Source of the DNA: Chiloscyllium plagiosum
Lineage: Eukaryota
Reading direction: 5' to 3'
NCBI RefSeq assembly: GCF_004010195.1
Contig: NC_057720.1
Coordinates: 23,685,105-23,714,832, forward strand
Length of the DNA: 29,728 bases
The position numbers and the translations under genes were made by a program. Each line of letters begins with the position of its first letter. Position 1 is the first letter of the stretch. Below the pieces are notes generated by a model, which did no database searches, had not been told where the DNA came from, and saw only the letters and a program-made list of their open reading frames with translations. This document shows positions 23,484 through 29,728 of the stretch, in pieces.

Positions 23484-24209
23484 TGAACCACACTCTGCGT
23501 GAAAAAGTTGCCACTCAGGTCCCTTTTAAATCTTTCCCCTCTCACCTTAAAAATATGCCACCTAGTTTTGAACTCCCCTATCCTCGGGAAAAGACCTTTG
23601 CTATTTTCCTTATTTGTGCCCCTCATGATTTTATGAACATATACAAGGTCACCCCTCAACCTCCTATGCTCCAGTGAGAAAACCCCCAGCCTCTCCTTAT
23701 CGTTCAAACCCTCCAGTCCTGGTAACATCCTCTTTTAAATGCATCAAAAATTAACATGTTTAGACGTCCAATTGAACTCATAAAACAATGTCAATATTGT
23801 GGCATCTTCCTTAACTCAAACAATTGCGTTCACCATTTTATTTGTTTAGCTTTTGTTCTAACCCACTGGCACACAGACAATGTATTAAATCAAATGTAAT
23901 TTGTTGAAGTGACTCATTAATGCTTTAGCAAGGAATTTGACACTGCGTTCTGATATTCTGTTTTGTACTACAGTATCCTATCCCGGGATAATTTAACCAT
24001 TATTATGCTTGTTGGTCCAGCTCGAGTGCCCTTATCTTTGAAGACAGAGATCTGCCCTTTATGTTCAGTGAAGCTGTTAGAAACGCTGCAGTAAAACTGT
24101 CATACTTTCTGGCCCATATCCAATAAGAAATTGAAATTAAAAATAATGGAATGTCAGGAAGTACCAAAAGAAGTTGAAATACATTTTAGTTCTGCATCTA
24201 ACTGTCCAA

Positions 24210-24835
24210 TTGTGGCTTGCTGGGTACCATGCTCACTCTCAGAATCAGAAGATCCTATTCAAGGAGCTTGCACATAACAATCTAGGTTGACAATCTAGGT
24301 GCAGTGTTAATGGAATGTTGCATTGTTGAAGGGGCTGCTTTTCAAATGAGGTACTAGAAGCTAAAGTTCTTATCCTGTTTTCCTAGGTGGTCTATAAAAT
24401 GCCAAGGCACTTTCTCAAAGGAGTGAAATAGAGTTCTTGCTGATGACCCTCCTAATATTTATGCCTTGATGAAAGCAGATGAGTCAATCATAATCACATT
24501 TGAGTCTTGATTAGATTACTTACAGTATGGAAACAGGCCCTTCGGCCCAACAAGTCCAAACTAACCCTCCAAAGAGCGACCCACCCAGACCCATTCCCCT
24601 ACACCTAACACTAGGGACAATTTAGCATGACCAATTCACCTAACCTGCACAGTTTTAGACTGTGGGAGGAAACCGGAGCAAATCCACACAGACACGGGGA
24701 GAATGTGCAAACTCCACACAGACAGTTGCCTGAAGTGGGAATTGAACCCCGGTCTCTGGTGCTGTGAGGCAGCAGTGCTAACCACTGTGCCACCCAATAT
24801 CTTTTAGAGCATCCTGAAGGTTGTGAAAGTTGCTA
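24210..24835 (+). mobile_element. Deu-domain SINE, degenerate, interrupted by an HE1 SINE
   Basis: It has a tRNA-like head (tgtggcttgctgggta...ctcagaatcagaag), a core (ggtggtctataaaatgccaaggcactt...ctaatatttat), and a tail (catcctgaaggttgtgaaag) that resumes after the HE1 copy. Confidence 0.6.
24508..24794 (-). mobile_element. Near full-length HE1-type V-SINE with Pol III A and B boxes
   Basis: On the minus strand the A box is TGGCACAGTGG (24782-24792) and the B box is GGTTCAATTCC (24738-24748). The V core and the tail gggccgaagggcctgtttccatactgtaagtaatctaatc follow. Confidence 0.92.
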
Positions 24836-24904
24836 AACGTTGTGGTACCAAAGACTGACAGAGTGCTGATCTGGATCATTCTCTTTGTAAATTAACTTGT
24901 TCAG

Positions 24905-25310
24905 ACGTATTATAACTCATCTCTAGGACAGGCAGGAATTGAACATGGAACTTGAACTCTTCTAGAGGTAGGGACAGCACATCGGCACCACAAGATCCTC
25001 CATCCTAAATACTTTTAATCAACCTTTTCAGGTATGTTATGGGATAGGCCTGGGGTAGGTAGAATATGAATCTGGACCATTCTGATTCAAAATTGTTTTG
25101 GTCAACATTGGTCTTCTGGCGCAGAGGTAGGGGCACTACCATTGCACCACAAGAGTTCCTGCTCTCTATTCTAGATATTTCTCAATTATTATGATATGAC
25201 TCTATAATTAGCTCAGAAATGTTGTTACATGCCTCTGGAGCAGGTGGGGCTTGAAACTGTGTCACCTAGCTTCGAGGAAGAGACACTACCACTGTACCAC
25301 AAGAACCCCC
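24905..25310 (-). repeat. Three tandem degenerate tRNA-derived units (~150-160 bp period)
   Basis: The anchor CCACAAGA is at 24988, 25147 and 25297, each preceded by gaggtaggga/gaggaagaga...cactacca. The minus strand of unit 3 reads tcttgTGGTACAGTGGtagtgtc...aGTTTCAAGCCCcacc (A-box/B-box-like). Confidence 0.7.
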
Positions 25311-27434
25311 ATCTCCCATTCTGCTCTTTTTCAAAATAAACCTAAAATAAGGTTAAACTCTATCTGATGGGGTGCTGTAACAAAAATACAGACTAACAGT
25401 TAATGAAAACTTACAAACGTGAATGAAAACTTAGTAAATCAAAATAAGGTTGTCTAAGATAATGATACACTCCAGCCCCTGCAGTGCCCATCGGTCTCTA
25501 ATAGCTTTTATCAAGGCGGTAGACACTGCATTCTCCTTCTCAATGGACCACCAAGTACAGCCATAACCCCAAAAGGGGCAGTCAGTCCCATCCTCTTCCA
25601 ACCCCCATTCTATGCTGAGTCTGAGGGCCTACCTAAGTAATAGTGGTATTGAGCCTTAATGAAATGGGCCTTGGTAAATATAACAAGGTGTAATTAATTG
25701 TATGACAACCATAGGTGTAATCTACATTGCATAGCTGAGCATAATTATAAAGTCTATCAGGAGCCAGAGATATGTATTTATCTCCACCAAGACTTCATTC
25801 TCCATTGCTTCTTCTCTATCAAAACACTATGCAAGGATGGGTGGAACTTAATGCAATTTCAATATTAACTCTTTCAGAACTTATTTAAATAACAAGCTTT
25901 CTTTCTTTAGTTAAAATTTAAATATATCAGAAATATAACTAAATTTACATTTGCTACCTACCCTTCACTCCAACCCATTCCATGATCTTAAAATTCTTTA
26001 TGATCATTAGTGTTGCTGTTCAGAATTTTGTGAATTGTCCTTTTGTTGCCTCAAATATACTCTGATCTTTCCAATATTGCATTCTTAGTATGAACTAATG
26101 TTTTGGCCGTTGATCTGACTACCACAACTGTATCTCATAAGTACAATTTCGGATGATTGTGATACTCATTTTGAAGGTTCGGCACTCTTTTTCACTTTCC
26201 GTCCATCCAAATTTGTTCCTTTGCTCCATTATTTTCAAATTCTTTCTCCCAAAAAGCTAATGGCAACTCCTCGGTTTACACATGGAGCTTCAAATTGCTC
26301 CCAAATTTCCTTCTTCTGTAAAGACTCTGTCACTTCCCAATATGATTGGTTTTACTTACTTTGTTGTCTTTACTGTTTCACCTTTGTCTTTTACCAGTCC
26401 TGAGGTAAAGGTTTTCTTCTGGAGTGCTGCTTCTGCCTTGCTGCTGCATCATGGGTACTGCTGACTACGGCTTGTCTTTCAGCTACTGACTGGTTACAGT
26501 GTCTTGAAGTGGTGATGTTCTTAACATGATAAAGTCATGTGCCTTCTGAATTTTCTTCCCCCGGGTCAAATGGGTTCTTTTTCACAAGTGTTACTTATGT
26601 AACAATCTCACTACTGATCACTATGTTCCATAGTTGGTGACTTCTGGTTGTGGTAGAGTGCTGTCATCATTCTTCATTTCTGTGCTCAGTCTGTGATTCT
26701 ATCTAATTATCCACCATAGAGGATAAATCCTCTATCTGCAATCCTCACTTTGGCATAGTTACAAAGGCTGTCAAGAGCTAGAGATGACCTATGTCCATTA
26801 GGACCCTCTTTTTCACCCAAAAACTATATGAAATCCTCAGATTGGGTGCACTTAATGTAGATTTAACATGAACTCTTCCAAAACAACAATCTGATCTGCC
26901 AAAAGGTGCCAAATAATTATTAGCTTTCTTTTACACTTTTAAAATGCCTTATAATATAAATGCATTAAAATCTGGGAATAATAAAATGCAGTTTGTGGTA
27001 TGTCCCCCAGGCACTTCAAATTCCAAATATTTCTGTCTATAATTTTCTGATGTCCTGAAATATTACTTGATCAGAAGTGAAGAAAATCTACTTAGCACAT
27101 GAACTACAGTCTATGAAATGCTTAAGATGCAAATCCAGATAAAGTTTTAAGTACACATTCCAATTTCACTGGAGGTGGGATGAGCAATATATAGCTCATC
27201 AATTCCTGTAAACAGAAGGACTGATCAAATTTCCTTTGCAACAAGTGGTTTTCTGAACGAAGGCAGGATCACTATTATACCTCCAACTCAGCTGGCCCCA
27301 GAGAGACGTCTGATGCACTGACAGGGACATCAATCTCAAAACTCATATGATGATTTTCTTTCTTTGAATAAAAACATGAGAAATAAAAGCACATTATATT
27401 TAAATAGAAAAAAAAATAAAAAAATGGCGGGGAT

Positions 27435-27447
27435 CCAAGATGGCGGC
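27435..27447 (+). promoter_or_regulatory. YY1-binding motif at the L1 5' end
   Basis: CCAAGATGGCGGC fits the YY1 consensus and sits ~10 nt into the element, as in mammalian L1 5' UTRs. Confidence 0.75.
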
Positions 27448-27610
27448 GACCCAGTAAGACTGAGTCTATAGTGCTCCTCCCAAGACTTGGGCACAGTGGG
27501 TCACCTACCCCCTACCAAGCTCACCAAATCATTTATAAATCATTTATAATAGTTTAGTAACTCAATTAGTTGTGTAATATTACATTTAAGCAACTTTATC
27601 CTAAGTTAAA

Positions 27611-28468
27611 ATGACTAAAGGGAAGGGAGCCCGCAGCTCTCAGCAAGCAGGAACCCCTCCCCCACACTCTCCAGCTGCAGCAGAGGCGACCACAGCCGCC
27701 CCGGGGGACTTACCTACAGTAGCAAGCCTTGCAGAAATGCTTTCCAAGCTTGACTCGAAGATCGATGCTTTTATTGTCGAATCCAGAAACCGTTGGGAGT
27801 CGCTCTCGGCCGCGCTGAAGAAGCACGACCGTGAAATTGATGAAATTCAACGCCGAGTCGGAGGGGCGGAGCTAAAGGCCGCGACCTCGGAGACAACCGC
27901 TCAATCGGCCGTGGATCAGGTCCGGACTCTCGAGCAGCGAGTCCGGACCTTGGAAAATCATAATGACGACCTCGATAATCGAGGACGTCGAAAAAATATT
28001 CGTTTGCTGGGCCTTCCCGAACAGGAAGAGGAAGGCCAGCTTACAGCATTCCTGGAGCAGTGGCTGCCACAACTTTTAAATCTGCAAGCTGGATCAGGCC
28101 AGGTAAGGGTGGAATGGGCCTACCGGCTCGGAATACGCGGGCCCGGCTCGAACCAGCGCCCACGCCCGGTCCTGTTCCGGCTGCAGAGCTACAGGGAGAG
28201 GCAGATACTCCTAGAAGCCTCTAGAAATCTCGGAAAAGACCCCCAAGCTATGATCTACAAAGGATCCAAGATCATGCTATTTCAGGACTCTTCCCCGGCT
28301 CTGGTTCGAAAGAGGAAGGCATTCGACGAAGCGAAGAAGCGTTTAAGGGACTTAAATGTACAGTACTCCTTACGCTACCCAGCGATGTTACGCTTTAACC
28401 ATGAAGGATCTGTACATAACTTTGGATCACCAGAAAAGGCTAAGGAATTCTTGGACTCTCTTAGATAA
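27611..28468 (+). CDS. L1 ORF1p (Transposase_22-type RNA-binding protein), 285 aa
   Basis: The ORF is uninterrupted. A heptad coiled coil (VRTLEQRVRTLENHNDDL) is followed by DNRGRRKNIRLLGLPE, the RRM-like AYRLG...PRPVLFRL, and a CTD (FQDSSPALVRKRKAF...YSLRYPAMLRF). Confidence 0.93.
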   Translation: MTKGKGARSSQQAGTPPPHSPAAAEATTAAPGDLPTVASLAEMLSKLDSKIDAFIVESRNRWESLSAALKKHDREIDEIQRRVGGAELKAATSETTAQSAVDQVRTLEQRVRTLENHNDDLDNRGRRKNIRLLGLPEQEEEGQLTAFLEQWLPQLLNLQAGSGQVRVEWAYRLGIRGPGSNQRPRPVLFRLQSYRERQILLEASRNLGKDPQAMIYKGSKIMLFQDSSPALVRKRKAFDEAKKRLRDLNVQYSLRYPAMLRFNHEGSVHNFGSPEKAKEFLDSLR

Positions 28469-28669
28469 ACTGTAAGACATAATGGATGTTGGTCTGCCTT
28501 CCACCCCCCCCCCCCCCCCCCCGCTGCTTTGGTTTATATCCCCTCCCTTTTTTTTCCTTACCTTATTGCTTAATATTATTATGGGGGGAGGGGAGAGGGA
28601 TTTGATTTTCTCCCCCCCCCCGCCGCCTTGGAGTTGTTTTCTGTTATTATTTTATGTATATATGAGGGG

Positions 28670-28742
28670 TGTATGTATAGTGTGTGTGTGTATGTATGTA
28701 TATATATATATATGTATGTGTATGTATATATATGTATATATA
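28670..28742. repeat. Mixed (TG)n/(TA)n/(TATG)n microsatellite in the L1 inter-ORF spacer
   Basis: tgtatgtatagtgtgtgtgtgtatgtatgtatatatatatatatgtatgtgtatgtatatatatgtatata. Confidence 0.9.
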
Positions 28743-29270
28743 AGCTGGGGGATTTGGTTAATGTTGGTGGGGGGAGGTGGTTACCTTATTCGATTTTACC
28801 TCTGTCTTTAGGAGCGGGGTTGTTTTCCCTTCGTTATTTTGTATTATCATATTTAATTATTATTTGTTGAACTGGTAATTTTATAGTTATATGTTTATAT
28901 ATGGTATTAACATTACCAAATATACCCAGGTGTTGGTAGGGGTGGGGGTGGGGTGCTCACTGTTAACTCTAGCTTTGTATTATATTTGAATTTTCCTCAT
29001 TTGATTGAGGAGTGCCTAGGTCAAGGGTGGGGCATCGGTTGGGAGAGGATATGAGGGATTTTTGGAGAGGAAGTGATGCCCCCTGGGAACAAGGGGGAAA
29101 GTCTCCACTTAGATACGTTTTATATTTTTTTTATTTAGAAATAGTTTTTTACTGTATTGTTGTGGGTGTATTAAAGAGGGTTTATTTTTGTAAATTTTAC
29201 ATGTTCCATGCTCGGGATGTTCTGGATAGGGTTCCCCCTCCCGAGGGGTCTCGGATTAGCCCAGAGGATT

Positions 29271-29728
29271 ATGGTTGATCAATCGGTTAAGTGGTGCACC
29301 TGGAATGTCAAGGGGAGTAATTCGCCACTTAAAAGGAAGAAAATATTATCAAATCTTAAGAAGGAAAGAGTTGATATAGCTCTCCTACAGGAGACACACC
29401 TGTCAGACAAAGAACACTTGAAATTACGACAGGGCGGATTTGATCAGGCCTTTTTTTCTTCTTTTAGCTCAAAAAGCAGGGGAGTTGTTATTCCTGTTCG
29501 GAAGAATTTCCCTTACAAAATCCTAAAGCAGATAAAAGACGAATCTGGACGATATATCTTGATTAAAGCTCTCATAAATGGAGAGGAATATGGGATTTTA
29601 AATTTGTACTGCCCCCCGACACACCCCTTTAAATTTATAACGGAAGCCTTTTCAAAATTGATGGCTTTTGATGCCCGTCATATAATTATAGGGGGAGACT
29701 TTAATTGTATTATGGAACCGGAAATAGA
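29271..29728 (+). CDS. L1 ORF2p N-terminal apurinic-like endonuclease domain (partial; runs off the window; absent from the ORF track)
   Basis: Manual translation shows no stop: MVDQSVKWCTWNVKGSNSPLKRKKIL...DIALLQETHL...SKSRGVVI...DESGRYILI...LNLYCPP...IIGGDFNC. The WNVxG, QETH, YxP and GDFN motifs are APE hallmarks. Confidence 0.95.
   Translation, partial: MVDQSVKWCTWNVKGSNSPLKRKKILSNLKKERVDIALLQETHLSDKEHLKLRQGGFDQAFFSSFSSKSRGVVIPVRKNFPYKILKQIKDESGRYILIKALINGEEYGILNLYCPPTHPFKFITEAFSKLMAFDARHIIIGGDFNCIMEPEI

Larger units (their letters stand above)
22345..23732 (-). mobile_element. Older CR1 3' end split into 22345-22528 and ~23484-23732 by a nested CR1
   Basis: The reversed tail is at 22345. 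The minus ORF MLPGLEGLNDKERLGVFSLEHRRLRGDLVYVHKIMRG...LSGNFFTQSVV lies at 23484-23728. The two parts are collinear. Confidence 0.85.
27426..29728 (+). mobile_element. Young L1-clade LINE with an intact 5' end (continues beyond the window)
   Basis: There is an A-rich pre-insertion flank (tttaaatagaaaaaaaaataaaaaaat), a G-rich start with a YY1 motif, a ~185-bp 5' UTR, an intact ORF1, a spacer and an open APE ORF2. CpGs are retained. Confidence 0.93.

Noticed and set aside
24905..25310. CRISPR-like repeat/spacer array or functional tRNA cluster
   Set aside because: The context is eukaryotic, the units are long and diverged, and no intact cloverleaf is evident.
28482..28870. 109-aa and 80-aa hydrophobic ORFs in the L1 spacer
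   Set aside because: They are translations of poly-C, poly-T and microsatellite sequence, with no coding signature.
29079..29097. UGGGA in a hairpin resembling a calicivirus TURBS reinitiation motif
   Set aside because: It lies about 185 nt from the ORF2 start, farther than typical TURBS spacing, and a 5-mer is expected by chance.

Overview
Vertebrate, almost certainly shark (elasmobranch), genomic DNA. The assignment rests on HE1/V-SINEs, Deu-domain SINEs and HER1/CR1 LINEs. The window is mostly intronic sequence of a + strand PLPPR4 (LPPR4/PRG-1) gene. Only two coding exons are visible: 18860-18917 (58 bp) and 21644-21817 (174 bp). The flanking exons appear to lie outside the window. The introns are packed with nested retroelements: several CR1/L2-type LINE fragments of different ages, SINEs, a decayed Gypsy pol fragment, and Penelope-like terminal fragments. 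A young L1-clade element starts at about 27426 and runs off the right edge; it has a YY1 site, an intact ORF1, an ~800-bp inter-ORF spacer and the open 5' part of ORF2. The most striking structure is a 225-bp insertion (3866-4090) flanked by a 14-bp target-site duplication. It contains a near-perfect 92-bp-arm palindrome that places a minimal type I hammerhead ribozyme motif on each strand. Three assembly gaps, all inside young CR1 copies, limit interpretation. Repeat family names come from recognising sequence by eye, and boundaries of old elements are approximate.
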